Below the pieces are notes generated by a model, which worked only from the letters and a program-made list of their open reading frames with translations, was not told where the DNA came from and made no database searches. Position numbers and translations under genes: made by a program. A DNA stretch of 64,000 nucleotides from Trichodelitschia bisporula (taxonomy: Eukaryota), in NCBI GenBank assembly GCA_010356995.1, contig ML996711.1:1-64000 (forward strand), read 5' to 3'. This document shows positions 34,121-46,816 of the stretch, piece after piece. The number at the start of each line of letters is the position of its first letter. Position 1 is the first letter of the stretch.

Positions 34121-34940
34121 GTCAGAATCGATTTTCAACATTACGTTTTCAAAGAAGACAGCGACTGAAGCTTTGTGCAGCGCAAACAACCGGTCAGCCC
34201 CGACATGCCATAACGGCAAGTCTCACGTCGGGCGATTCGAGACTCGGTTACACGGGAGGGGAGCCGTTAGTATATAGAGAGCTCTTCTTGAAATGCAAAG
34301 CCTGAGAAGCTATGGAGCCTGAGAAGCTTCACCGATGTCACTCGGCGCATAGCTATGTCGCTTGACGTAGTGTAATGAAGCACCTGGATGAAAATAGCCA
34401 CCATACCTGGACGATGCATTTGCCTTCGAAGGCGAGAATTGGATGTACGCGGCGATTGGTAAAAGCGAGAGAAGGGCTCGATAATGTGAGAGAGGTGTCG
34501 TCGTTGTCGGTGGAGATAGAGCAAGAGCAGGCGAGGTTGAACACAGGGCTGGCACTTTTCCCGTTTCCGCTGTAGCGAATGATGGCCTGCCTCCTGGAGG
34601 CTTCCCTTTGCCAAGTACTGGACGCTCGGACCATCCAAGTGTCAAACTCGTTTGTCCGCGTCTGTCACATCCAATTATTCATAGTACAGCGCTTAACGTG
34701 GTAAACTCGATGAGCCTCCGCAGGGGTTGAACTTTTTTGTGCTATGCGGTACTCAAAAGTGTACCACTATCTACGCGACCCTTGCCCTCCAAATTCGACT
34801 CAACGGCTATCTCACTCGTTCGGATGTTGTGATTGATTTACATAGCAATCTGTACACGTCTCCGAGTGTTTATCGCCATCCATACTTTCGTACATTTCTA
34901 CAACCATCAGTTCATACAGAAGACTCTCAGCGAACAGGCT

Positions 34941-35813
34941 ATGGCCGCGCGCATCTCAGCTTGCATGGCTCAGCCAGCGCATCGCTCTATATGCCTGGAT
35001 ACAGTACACTGGTCTTCTTCTTCAGCTTCTCGGTGTCAATTCCTCCCGACCTACAGAGCCTCGCAATTCTCCACATCTCTCCCAAGATGCTATCCCCGGG
35101 ATAGGAATCGGCTCAGAAGCATGTCTGCCATCAAAGGCTCCGGCCTCGGACCCAGCTACAAGCTGTCGGTAACGTTGGAGGATCTTCCTATACCCGTTGA
35201 CTCGAAGGAGATATCGAAGCCCCAGCCGGACCAGCAGCATGGCCTATGGGGCTTCTTCAACAAGGAAAGGACTGTTTTATCACTCGTTGAAACAGACAGC
35301 GCACATGGTCAGTGCCCCGTTGGCCTACATGCTTAGATTCGACTGACCTGTCGATAGGGCGGGAGTGGAGTGTTGAGGAGCTGCGCCGCAAATCGTGGAC
35401 GGACCTCCACTCTCTCTGGTGGGTATGCGTCATGGAGAGGAACAGGCTCGCAACCGAAGCTCTTACCCGAGAACGCCTCAAGGCTGGCTACGGAAAGCAC
35501 GAAGCCTCGACGCGGGACAAAGCCGTAAGTCATATCTGCCCTCCCGATGCGAATCTTCTGACAGCATGGCATAGATCAGGCGCACAATGCGCGCCATCAA
35601 GCACACTCTCACAGAACGGTGGTACGCTTGGGAAGATGCTAGGCAGCTTGCCGATTCCGATCCTGAAATCAACCAAAGTGGGAGCGGCCCCTTGTATCGC
35701 CCCATTGTTTCAAATGTGAGATGTCTTTACTCACTAAAATATATATATGCTAACGGTTCAAGGATTATCTGGAAGAACACGATGCTGCACAATCTAACGA
35801 AGTAAAGGCATAG
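34941..35813 (+). CDS. MRPL4: Mitochondrial large ribosomal subunit protein uL29m (L4/MRP-L47), 4 exons
   Basis: HGLWGFF, GREWSVEELRRKSWTDLHSLWWVCVMERNRLAT, MRAIKHTLTERWYAWEDA. Confidence 0.93.
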
Positions 35814-36547
35814 GAAGACGCTTCTGCGCGTTTCTTGCACGAATAGGTCCTTCGGTGCCGTGCTTCGTGGCTTGAGATGAACGCATGCAGGGCCCACTTC
35901 TCAAATTCAGAATCGTAGATGTTTTAAGGTATGAACATTGACGGTGTGCGATAGATCTGCATCCGTGATCTCTCCGAATCTGAACTTGCATGTGCTATAG
36001 GTGGGCTTTAGCGTGAATCTTAAGCCTTTGGGGCACGCAGTCGTGACAGTTCCACCTGCAGGCCAAGCCAGCCAAGTTCGAGGACCTAAGGCCGTATGCT
36101 CAGGAATCGTATACTTCATAGATAGCGAGCTGACTGCTCTGACACTGAAAGAGGTCACCTGTAAACTTGGCATTCATGAGTTGTTAAAGAAGTTACAGGC
36201 CAGTTCGACTCGATACTCAGAAGCCCACAGAAGTTCTACTTCTAATGCACGCACTGTAGCATGAGTGGAATGCAAGCATGCTTGACACGTCGTGACGATG
36301 GTCGGCCAGGGACGTTGGCCAACGTTGCTTTTGTTCAGTCCCCTGGCCGGCCAGTCGCAGTGCGCCCTAGTCAGACATGGCGGGCCGTCCCCATTATCAA
36401 AGCTTCCCCGGCCAAGCCGCCTCCACTTCGTCACCTAGACCGCTAGAACAACTCCAAAAGCAATAAACTACCGGTAAAACTGCTTCCTGCTTGTCGAAGC
36501 ACCCTTTCTCCACCTTCTCGCAAGCTTATTCTACCGCATCATTCGCC

Positions 36548-38282
36548 ATGGAGGAAGTTGCGCCCGAGTATGACCTTGTTGTGCTGGGGACTGGTGCGTA
36601 CTGCCCCGCCTTTGAGCTCTCATGTCGTCACGACGTCCGCCTAGCTAACTTTCCCCAGGCTTGACCGAGTGTGTCCTGTCCGGGTACGTATTGTAGTGCG
36701 ATCCTTTTCATCTCCCCGCTAATATGTTACCAGCGTCTTCAGTGTCAAGGGCAAGAAAGTGCTGCACATCGATCGCAATGATCACTACGGAGGGTGCGTC
36801 GCTGCAACCCCGCTTCAGACACGTCCTAACTTGCAGACAGAGAGGCGGCATCAGTCAACTTGGAATATGTAAGAATATCCACCTCTCATTGTGCGCTTAG
36901 CTTACTCTGGGTAGCTCTTCAAGAAGTATGGCAACTTCCAACCTGGCGACGAGCCCTGGAAGAAGTACGGTCGCACGAACGACTGGAATATCGACCTTGT
37001 CCCCAAGCTCCTCATGTCTAACGGTGAACTGACAAACATCCTTGTGTCGACGGACGTCACGAGATACCTGGAGTTCAAACAGATTGCTGGGAGTTACGTA
37101 CAGCAAGGAAACGGGTCCAAGGCCACCGTCGCAAAGGTGCCTTCGGACGCGGCGGAAGCGCTGCGCAGTCCACTCATGGGCCTGTTCGAGAAGCGCCGCG
37201 CTAAGAAGTTCCTCGAGTGGGTGGGATCGTTCAAGGAGGATGATCCTGCTACTCACAACGGTATGTTGCGGCTTTCCTCCCACCAGACGCTGCTGATAGG
37301 GCTCCAGGCATGGATCTCAGCAAGACGACGATGCGTGAGGTGTACGACAAGTTCGGTCTCGAGGCGACTACCCGGGATTTTATCGGCCACAGCATGGCGC
37401 TCTTCCAAACCGATGACTACCTCACTTCACCGGGCATGGCTCAAGATGCTGTTTCTCGCATTCGTCTCTACGTCAACAGCATGGCGCGTTACGGTAAATC
37501 TCCGTATATCTATCCTCTCTACGGTCTGGGCGAGCTGCCGCAGGGCTTTGCTCGGCTTTCGGCCATCTACGGGGGCACATACATGCTGAACACCGACATC
37601 GACGAGATCCTCTATGAGAATGGAAAGGTGTCGGGCATCAAGGCGACCATGAGGAACGAGAACATGAAGTTTGAGACCAAGTGCTCGCAGATTCTGGCCG
37701 ATCCGTCGTACTTCCCCGGCAAGGTGCGGGTCACCGGGCACCTGCTTAAGGCCATCTGCATCTTGAACCACCCGGTGGCGAGCACAGACAACTCAGACTC
37801 GCTTCAGCTGATTCTTCCACAGAGCCAGATCGGGCGGAAGCATGGTGAGCCACTTTAGCCTTCTCTTTCGATGCTAACAGAGCAGACATCTACATCGCCG
37901 TCGTTTCCTCCGCGCACAACGTGTGTCCCAAGGGCTACTACATCGCCATCGTGTCCACCATCGCCGAAGGCGACAGCAACCACCATATTGAGCTGCAGGC
38001 CGGTATCGACCGCCTGGGCAAGATTGAGGAGCAGTTCATGGGCCCACCTATCCCGCTCTACGAACCAGTAGAGAGTGGCGAAAAGGACCTAGTCTTCATC
38101 TCCAAAAGCTACGATGCCACCAGCCACTTTGAGACCACCACAGGTAGGGATCCCTTGATGATGTTTTTCAATGCTGATTCTATTTTGAAGACGACATTCG
38201 CGACATCTACAAGCGGGCTGCGGGCGAGGAGCTGGTTGTTGAAGGGCTGCGGAAGGGTCAGAACTTGGTCACTGACGAGTAA
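36548..38282 (+). CDS. GDI1: Rab GDP-dissociation inhibitor, 8 exons
   Basis: MEEVAPEYDLVVLGTGLTECVLSG, KVLHIDRNDHYGG, DWNIDLVPKLLM, YGKSPYIYPLYGLGELPQGFARLSAIYGGTYML, SYDATSHFETT. Confidence 0.97.
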
Positions 38283-39530
38283 CTCTGATGCAGTTCCGGG
38301 TCAAGCACTTCGTTTTCCTTCGCTTGAAACCTTTCGTTACTGTAAGGTTTGCCTTTTAGCAATAGGATAACAGGCGTGAATCAGAGCGGCGATACGATTC
38401 CTCATTCGTGACGATATGAGTGCTGGATTGACCGATGCCATGAGCTAATGCTGGGCGTCGCCATAGGCGTACTGTGGTAGTGTTAATATTTCCTCTGTCC
38501 TTCACAATCCGGAGTACATAGATCTTGTTCGATCTGATGGATCGACCTTGGTGCTACCGTACTTGAACGCTACTGAGATATTACGCTATGGACATCTGGA
38601 TGTTTATAGCGATTAAGAAAAGGCTTGACGATCTGATATTCTTCCGAGGGCGGCTCAAGAATGCCTTTTGCCGCGTCCCGCAAGGCGGGGTTGAACGGCT
38701 TACCGGTACAGCGATTGTATGCCGCACGGGAGCGGCGACCCCATGGACCAAGGGGATGCAGGTGGCGCTTGCGCGTGAAGGCGCCGATAGCGCAATTTTT
38801 CTCGGGGTAACAGGGACTTCGACTGGATCGAGGTGTACAGCCGTGAACCAAGTACATGATGATGCGGTCTAGACTGCCATTCACAAATCTAGATCATTAG
38901 TTCTAGTCTGGACACCGGCAATCCTTAGCCCCTCATTCCCGTCCGCGAAAGAGGTTTCTTTTGCACGACCGTTTCTTCGTGCGACCACGGCTATTTGTGT
39001 TCGGCATCCACCCAGCATCTCCGAGGAGGCATCTTCGTCACTTCGGACTTACGCAACTTCTAGACCGAAACGGACTCCCCGACACCAGGTTGGCAATTAG
39101 AATAGTTCAGCTGCCGAACCCAACAGCGCAAGAATCTTCGAACCTTCAAGACTTCTCGTCTCCCCCTCACCAACCACGGAACCCGCGCTAAAAGGCCGAG
39201 GCGCCACCCTGCAGCTGCAGAGGACCAGGACCACAAGCATCCCCAGCATCACCTGCTTGACCTTACTTGATGCGGCGCACAGATACCGCTAGCATTGGGA
39301 ATTCCGTAAACTGAACCTCCTACCTGAAGCCTTCAAATGTACCTTACTTCCCGCTGTCGGAGTCGGAGCCAGGTCCGAATCCCAACCATCGAATCCTCCG
39401 TCGCCCTCCCTCCATCTACCCGTCTATGGTACTTGGTCGCCTTATCCCGTTCCGCTTAATCGCCGAAGCTACCTCCGTTTCTTGGGACAGGGAAGGTGCA
39501 ACCATCCGATCAGTGGTGCTTTGGCACTCG

Positions 39531-42118
39531 ATGTCGTCCCCTTTCCGCCCGTTGTTGCCTGCGGACAACAACGGAGGTCACGCCACGCGCTCCCCGCGAC
39601 GGGACCCCGCTGCGCTGCGGAAGCGAACCGTCATCAACTCAGCCTGTAGAGCGTGTCGCAAGCGTAAGAGCAGGGTGTGTTTTCCTCCGCCTTTTTTTCG
39701 GATCATTGTTTGTGCTCTATCCGGACCGCTGACCGATATACCCAGTGCGATGGGAAACGGCCTGTCTGCACGACCTGCCAGAACAAGAGTTCCAACTGCG
39801 AATATGAAATTGATCCAGGCGTGACTCGGACATCGGCACTGAAGGTCAAGGCGCAGCGTCTGGAAAATGAACTCGGCACGATGCTGGAGTTGTACTGGTA
39901 CCTGCAAACCAAGTCAGAATCTGAGGCGAGATCCCTCTTCGACCGCATCAGGGCTGGCGCCGACTTGCCCAGCGTGACCAACATGCTGGCTGGTAGCCGG
40001 GAACTTCCGACGCTCGAGCGTGACGGCGACGACGAGATGGTCGATCCGCTTTCTCGGCCAACCGCTTCCGAGCATGTGGCTGAAGATGAGGCCTCACATG
40101 CTAAGTCTAGCGATTCCGACGAAACTGGAACCCCGCGGATTCTCATGGTTCCCTCCGAAAGTACACTACTTGACGTTTTCCGCATACCGGAAGCTGTTGC
40201 GACTTTGACTTCGGCGATTGATACTTTTTATCTGGGGACGGGAATAATGTTTTACGTCATGCCGAAAACAGAAGGCTACAACCTGCTTTCGCAATTTCAT
40301 ACTGAGTTCGGTGGTGGGGATGGGACCACTCTGGGCCGCATGTTCTGCGAGCCCCTGGATCAGCAGTCCAAAGTGCTTCTCTGTGAGCTTGCGGGTATGG
40401 CGGCCGTAGGATTGCAGTACGGAAGAGATCCGATACCAGCGTTGAGGTTTGAAGGTACGAAAGCTGCTGGCACACTGGAGTTCGTCGATTCATTCTATAT
40501 GATCTCCAAGCATTTCCTCGAGGCCGTCATCCAGTTCGACCCTGTTCGGGCAATTAGGTCATGTGCACTTCTAGCTTTGTTCAACGTTATTGCACATTCG
40601 ACCATGGCCTTGGCTTATGCTGGTAAGCTGCACTCTAAACAGTATAAAAGGGAAGGGGAATAACATGCGATTTCTTAGACATGGGGCTAACTTTGGCCGA
40701 CCGATTTGGCCTCACCCAGCCTCAACAACCAGCTGCAGTGAGTCAGGAAGAGTGGCTAGACAGGAAGAAGATTTTGCGGACTCTCGTCATCATACGATGG
40801 TGAGTTGACAACCCAATAGCGAACCTGCAGTACTGATGCAGAACAGTTGGCTGGTTGCAACATTGGGTTACGTTCCAGCCAATAATGAGAGCAAACAGGA
40901 CATTGTAAGTTATATCAGTCTGTGTCGCAATTGCTCACACGAGGCCAGAGTCCCTTGGGCGAAGGTTCGGGGCTGGAGGAAACTATTCAGCAAGAAACCG
41001 CAAAACTCCTCATCCTCAAGTCGAACTTACTCCGCATGCTGGACAGCTTCAGACAACTTACTCCAACCCTAATCATGACCGTTAGGGAAGACCTGAATGC
41101 CTGGCACACGCGAATGCCAGAATGGATGCAGCTTCGGGCATTGGTCGCCGACACAGTCATCCCTCCGGAGGTCAGAAGAGTGATCTTCTTCGTACACCTC
41201 TTCTATCTTTCTGCAGTTACGCTGTTGTCTCGCCTTGTCCACGCCGTTGAGAAAAACAAAACTCAAAGCTACAGCTCACAAGCAACCCGGATGGCGGTTG
41301 AGGAGGGCCTTATGGCCTCCAGAACATCAGCGAGGATTTTGTCATTGCTGTTAGTAGAGCAGACCGTGTTCAACAAGTGCTGGCTCTGCATGTAAGTGTC
41401 CCTCTCCTTTTCTGTTGTCTGATGCCTGACGATGCACCACAGCTTCCAGGCTTACACCTCTTCGATAACAATTCTCTACGGAACCACCCAGATGATCTTG
41501 AACGCTTTTCCGCGCAAAAATTGGGAACGCGATCTAATCCTCGCCAAGCGCTGTCTGGAGTTTCTCAGGTATTGCAGGGAAGCTGATTCAGTCGCGCGCA
41601 ATTTTTATGATATCGCCAACCGACACTATGAGTCTGTAACGGCGGCAGTACCAGAAACTCAGAGCACAGGTGTCGAGACGCCGTGGATCTTTGAAGCGAT
41701 CTCGGAAAACAGCGACTATTTGTTCCAGTCGCCGGCCGGTGATTCAGGCTTGCACAAGACGTCGCGTGAACTCCTGATGTTAATCAGCCACCCGTTTGTC
41801 GGCTTTCGGATCCCGGAGTCGCAGGCAACGCCGACCGCAATGCTGTCAGGCTCACTTGCGCGAATGGTGAATCAAGGGGAGTCGGAATCTTCAATAGAGT
41901 TCAAGTTGGCCTGGAGCAGGCAGGTGGGCGCACCGTTCAATTCACCAGGGATATTCAGGATGGATGAGTCTTCGAGTAGTGGGGAGAGCTCGGACATTAC
42001 TGGAGCCAGTGGGGATGGGACTCCCAATTCTATGACGATCGACGTTAAAACTGGACGATTTGTTGGAGCGAAAGAGCCCTCGGGGTGGACTAGGCTTACC
42101 CTTTCGCAAAGGCTCTAA
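39531..42118 (+). CDS. Zn(II)2Cys6 fungal transcription factor, multi-exon
   Basis: ACRACRKRKSR|CDGKRPVCTTCQNKSSNCEY binuclear cluster split by an intron (~39675-39745), followed by a coiled coil and a helical middle-homology-like region. Confidence 0.9.
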
Positions 42119-42282
42119 TTGGGCGGCCAAACCGTTGATACTCTGGGAACTGATTGGCAACGGTAAATTTGGCTTATATTGATGCGCCGCTAGCGATTTT
42201 TGGACTATGGACATCTCTGTGGCATCTGAACCACCGAAGTGGTGAACAGATGTACGAAGAAATGGATAAGAATATCTACCGA

Positions 42283-43282
42283 TCAAGGCCTCTTCCAATT
42301 CTTGGACTCAATCGCCCAACCATCCTTCGTCAGTGACGAGGTGGCTGGATTCAGGAACAGCTCCCCCGCCGCCGTATCACCCTTGAGCTGCCACTTGAAA
42401 AAGGCAACGGCGGCCTTACCGAACTTACCGCCGTATTGGTCCCCGTACGTCGCCATGTGGCCAACTGGCAAGTTTGCTTTGACCGTCGGAATCTTTGCCG
42501 GCAAGGTCTTGTAATCCCTTTCGCCCTAAACGAGTTAGCCGCCCACGCTGTCGCTGAGATCTGCTTACATTAAGATATGCAATATCAGATTCTCCACCGA
42601 GAAAATATCCGACTGGTGCGTGAAGCCGGTCGAAATACTTTTGGTTCTCAGCGATGATCAACCCGCTATTGAAGATTCCCGTTAATTTGATCCGCGGATC
42701 CACACTCGCAGAATATGCCTGGATCCCTCCGCACGATTGTCCCGCCGCCGCAAGGCGAGTCTTATCGAGATGCGTCCAGTTTCCGGTCCCGGCGTTCTGG
42801 TACACCCACTCAATCGCATCGGGTATGTCCTTGGCCGTTGTTCCCGAAAGCAGCGACCCATTCGGATCGCCATTGGCAATGACTACAAACCCATGCGACG
42901 CAATCTCAGTCAGGAACTTGGAAAACCACTGCCCGTTTCCAGAGCACGCGCCGTTGCCCCACAGGATGACAGGCAGCTTCTGTCCCACCGGCAGCATCTT
43001 GGGCTGGAACACTGTGTGCCGGGTGAAGCTTGCGATTGCGCCACCGGAGGCTTTGTACGGGCCTGAACCGCCAGTCGTGTCTACCGTCATGCCGAGCACC
43101 GGTCCAACCATTCCGACTAGCCCACCGATGCTGAAGCTTGGAGACGAAGATGCGCCGGTCCCCGAGCCGAAGATGCCTGTTTGGGCTTCAGACATGATGC
43201 CCTCGACCAAGCCTTTCGCTTGTGGGGCTGCGAGGGCGGGAGTGAGGGCGACGAGGAAGGAGAGAGTGGCTGGGAGCTTCAT
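42283..43282 (-). CDS. Secreted alpha/beta-hydrolase (esterase-like), 2 exons
   Basis: Signal peptide MKLPATLSFLVALTPALA, LPVILWGNGAC, FLTEIASHGFVVIA, nucleophile elbow GQSCGG, GGESDIAY (Asp), VGHMATY (His). Confidence 0.85.
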
Positions 43283-43962
43283 ATTGAACGTAGGGAATGA
43301 AGAGCGCCTTCAATGGGATTGGAATGCTTGAGCTGTTAAACTAAACAATGTAGAATCGAACGTGCAAAGGGGTTGTTATATCTGATTTCGAATGATGGAG
43401 CCTCACGGAACAGGTAAATCGTGATTTTCATCCTGCCTACCAAGACTCGTTTTGGCTCTCGTTCTCGCATTTGTTCTATCTTCAGGTCTGTTGAAGTTGC
43501 CCACGGTCATAAGCTGGAAATTAATTGGTTGGCTCAATATGTACATGAACATAAATCGGTCGACTAGTAGTATAACTCACTATCATCTCCGAATAAATTG
43601 CTATTTACGTCCGTAGTCTACTGTAGCACTATCATATTACGAGCCAACCAGTAGTCGGGCAGTCTAACATGCGGTCGGATTCACAATAAGAAACGCTCTC
43701 CTTATGATGGCATTAGCGATGGATGTTTTAGATTGGTGAGTTCAACTATTGACGCCTGGCAGAAGTCTACCTGGCAGAATTGGGTACCAAGTTAGGTAGA
43801 CGTCTGTATCTTCTTTCACAATCACTCCTGAGTACTATGTCCAAATTGCAGCACAGCGCCTGTAACCTCGAGATACCATGTTATCCCAAAAGGGCAGTCG
43901 CCCTTGATTGGACATGATGCGTCCGCCCTTCCCGAATCTCGGCCGCCAAGTCTCGCCGCCAA

Positions 43963-43968
43963 ACGCGT
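43963..43968 (+). promoter_or_regulatory. MCB-like element (ACGCGT) about 100 bp upstream of ORC4
   Basis: Exact ACGCGT upstream of a replication gene; a single hexamer, so it could be chance. Confidence 0.3.
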
Positions 43969-44067
43969 CCCAGGATCCAGGAACTTCGTCTCGACGCGCT
44001 TCCTCCGACGACTACAGCTCAGACGACGCATCCGCATCCCATTCGACCTGCACTCCGTGCCCGCACT

Positions 44068-46816
44068 ATGACGGAAACACCCCGGGTATCGAAACGCCGG
44101 CGCCTCAATTCCCAAGCCGACGTCTCGTCATCTAGGACCGCGGATCCCGAACCCGAACCGCTTGACGTCTACGACGACATTGACGGGGCCTTGAACCCGC
44201 GGGCCACGCCGAAGAGGGTTAATGAAGTTGGAAGTGCGACAAAGAACTCTGCGCGGCGGTCAGCGAGGCAGAAATCTGCGCTGGGGAAGAGTTTGGAGGT
44301 GGAACGATCTGGATCCAACGGCGTGAATGGGCGCACGACGCCTTCTCGAGTGAATGGAGCCTCCCGGAAAGCCCGAAACGGCAATACACCCTCCAAGCTT
44401 GCGTCTCAGGCAAATGGCACGGCGGATGGACCGGGTAACAGCGAGGACGAGCTGGCGTCTCAACCGGCGACAGTTAATGGGAAGTTGAACGGCAATAGGA
44501 TACACGTGGAGACCGAGGATGAGGCGGCTATTGCTGCGGCAGTAGAGAATCCTTCAAGAGGAGGCCGGAAGCGTGCTCTGCCTGATCGGCAAACCACCAA
44601 GGTGACGGCCAAGGGACTTCACACTACGCCTGCGAAACCGACACCTCAAAAGCGCGCCGCACAGCCAAAGGCGCAGCCGGTACCGGTGTTAGACAGTGGT
44701 GATGAAATTGCAGCCACGAAGAAGCCAAAGTCTGCTTCAAAGCCGACTCCGAAAACGGCGACGCCTCGGACTCGCCGCCAGCCCCTCAAAAGCCAACTGA
44801 TGGCCCAGCCTACTGAAGCCACTGAGGTGCCGCAGGATGTGGAAACTGTTTCGGTTGAAGCAGATTCGGCAGAGGACATACGCCCTGAGTCGAGCCCGAC
44901 AAAACCACGTCGAGCGACGAAGAAGCCGGAGCTAGCTTCACAAGCTGAACCGACTGAGATCGAAGATATGGAGATGGGTGGAGCCGATGAAATGGTCACA
45001 GTGACAAAGCCGACCCCGAAGAAGTGTGGTAGGCCGCCGAAGTCGGCTAGCCTTGCCGTGGGCGATGTCCCCGCTCGAAATATTCTTACACCTCGGAAGC
45101 GTGGACGGCCCCCTAAGTCGAAGTTGGCTGAGGAGAATGGCGAAAATGAAGTCCCGGCAACGACCCCGAAGCGCCGCGGCCGGCCACCGAAGAAAGCAAA
45201 CGTTGTTCCGGTTATTCAAGTTGAAGTGCCGGGAGCTGCCGCCAAAATTGGTGAATATGACGGGCCTGATCCTATGGACCTGGACATTATCGTCAACGAC
45301 AACATTCAAGAGCTCACTTTTGCCGAGGCCGTGGGTGGTTCGGCTGCGATACCCGTGCTTCCAATGGCGACAAAGGATATTCCACAGGAACTGAATACCA
45401 TCAAGAAAATCGTGTTGGAGAAGATAGCTCAAAAGCGTCCTATCCCCCTTACCGGACTCGACGAAGAATATGGCAAAGTTTATCATTTGATGGAAGCGAC
45501 AATTACGTCCGGTGAAGGAAACTCCATGCTTCTCATCGGTGCAAGAGGCAGTGGAAAGAGCGCTTTGGTGTCGAAAGCCATCCAAGAGCTCTCTCGCTCA
45601 CAGAAGGACCATTTCCACGTTGTCCGGCTCAATGGATTCATTCACACCGACGACAAACTGGCTCTACGCGACGTTTGGCGACAGCTAGGAAGTGAGATGG
45701 AGCTCGAGGAGGATAATGGCGTCAAGAGCTATGCCGACACATTGACGATGCTTCTGGCCTTGCTGTCCCACCCATCTGAAATCACCGGCGATCATTCGGA
45801 CCAGGTTATCGCCAAGTCAGTTGTCTTTATCATGGACGAGTTCGACCTGTTTGCCTCGCATCCGCGACAGACTCTATTGTACAATCTCTTGGACATTGCT
45901 CAATCACGGAAGGCTCCGATTGCCGTCTTGGGTTTGACGACTAGGATCGACGTCATGGAGAGTCTGGAGAAGCGAGTCAAAAGCAGATTCAGCCATCGTT
46001 ATGTTCATCTTTCCCTACCAAAGAGCTTGACGCTTTTTGTTGAGGCGTGCAAAGCGGCGCTCATGGTGCAGAAGGGCGAATTGGACTTCACTGAAAAAGC
46101 ACTTCTGATACAGCCTTCTCCAAGGACCAGTCTGGGGGCCGGGACCACCTCGACTGACTACCTAACGGACTGGAATAACTCTATCACCGTATGTCACCCT
46201 TTGTTTTTCAATAGAGCCACGCTAACATCTCGTACAGACACTGTTCACCTCTCGCCCGTTCCTCCAAACCTACATTTCACCCCCCTACGCCCTCACCAAA
46301 TCACTCCCCAGCGCCCTGACGTCCTTTTTCCTCCCCCTTTCCACACTCTCCACCCTCCCAACAGCAGATCACTTCCTTTCCCACCCCCCAACCCTCCTCT
46401 CCCCACCCCACTCAAACCTCCACCTCCTCCCCTCCCTTTCGGACCTCGCCCTCGCCCTTCTTATCTCCGCCGCCCGCCTCAGCATCATCCACGCCACCGA
46501 CACATGCAATTTCGGCCTCGCATACGCAGAATACGTCTCCCTGTCATCGAAAGCGCGCATCCAGACCGCAGCTCATGGTGCCCTTGCCGTCGGTGCCTCG
46601 GTCCGCGTCTGGGGCAAGCACGTCGCACGCAAAGAGTGGGAGGGTCTCATCGCGCAGGGCCTGCTGGTGCCTGTGCTCGCTGGTGCGGCGACGGGGTGGG
46701 GTGAGGGACGCGTGGCCGGCGGGGCTATGGTTCGCGTCGATGTGGCGCTCGAGGAGATTTCGGGGGCCGCGGGGTCGCTGTCGGGGGTCATGGAGCGGTG
46801 GTGCCGGCATATTTAG
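44068..46816 (+). CDS. ORC4: Origin recognition complex subunit 4 with long N-terminal disordered region and AT-hooks; intron 46189-46237
   Basis: GEGNSMLLIGARGSGKS, VVRLNGFIHTDDKLALR, FIMDEFDLFASHPRQTLLYNLLD, LEKRVKSRFSHR; exon 2 encodes the ORC4 C-terminal region (LSDLALALLISAARL). Confidence 0.95.

Noticed and set aside
46189..46704. Apparent Pro-rich C-terminus or frameshift in the ORC4 ORF
   Set aside because: Explained by a canonical 49-nt intron; the spliced frame gives a normal ORC4 C-terminal domain.
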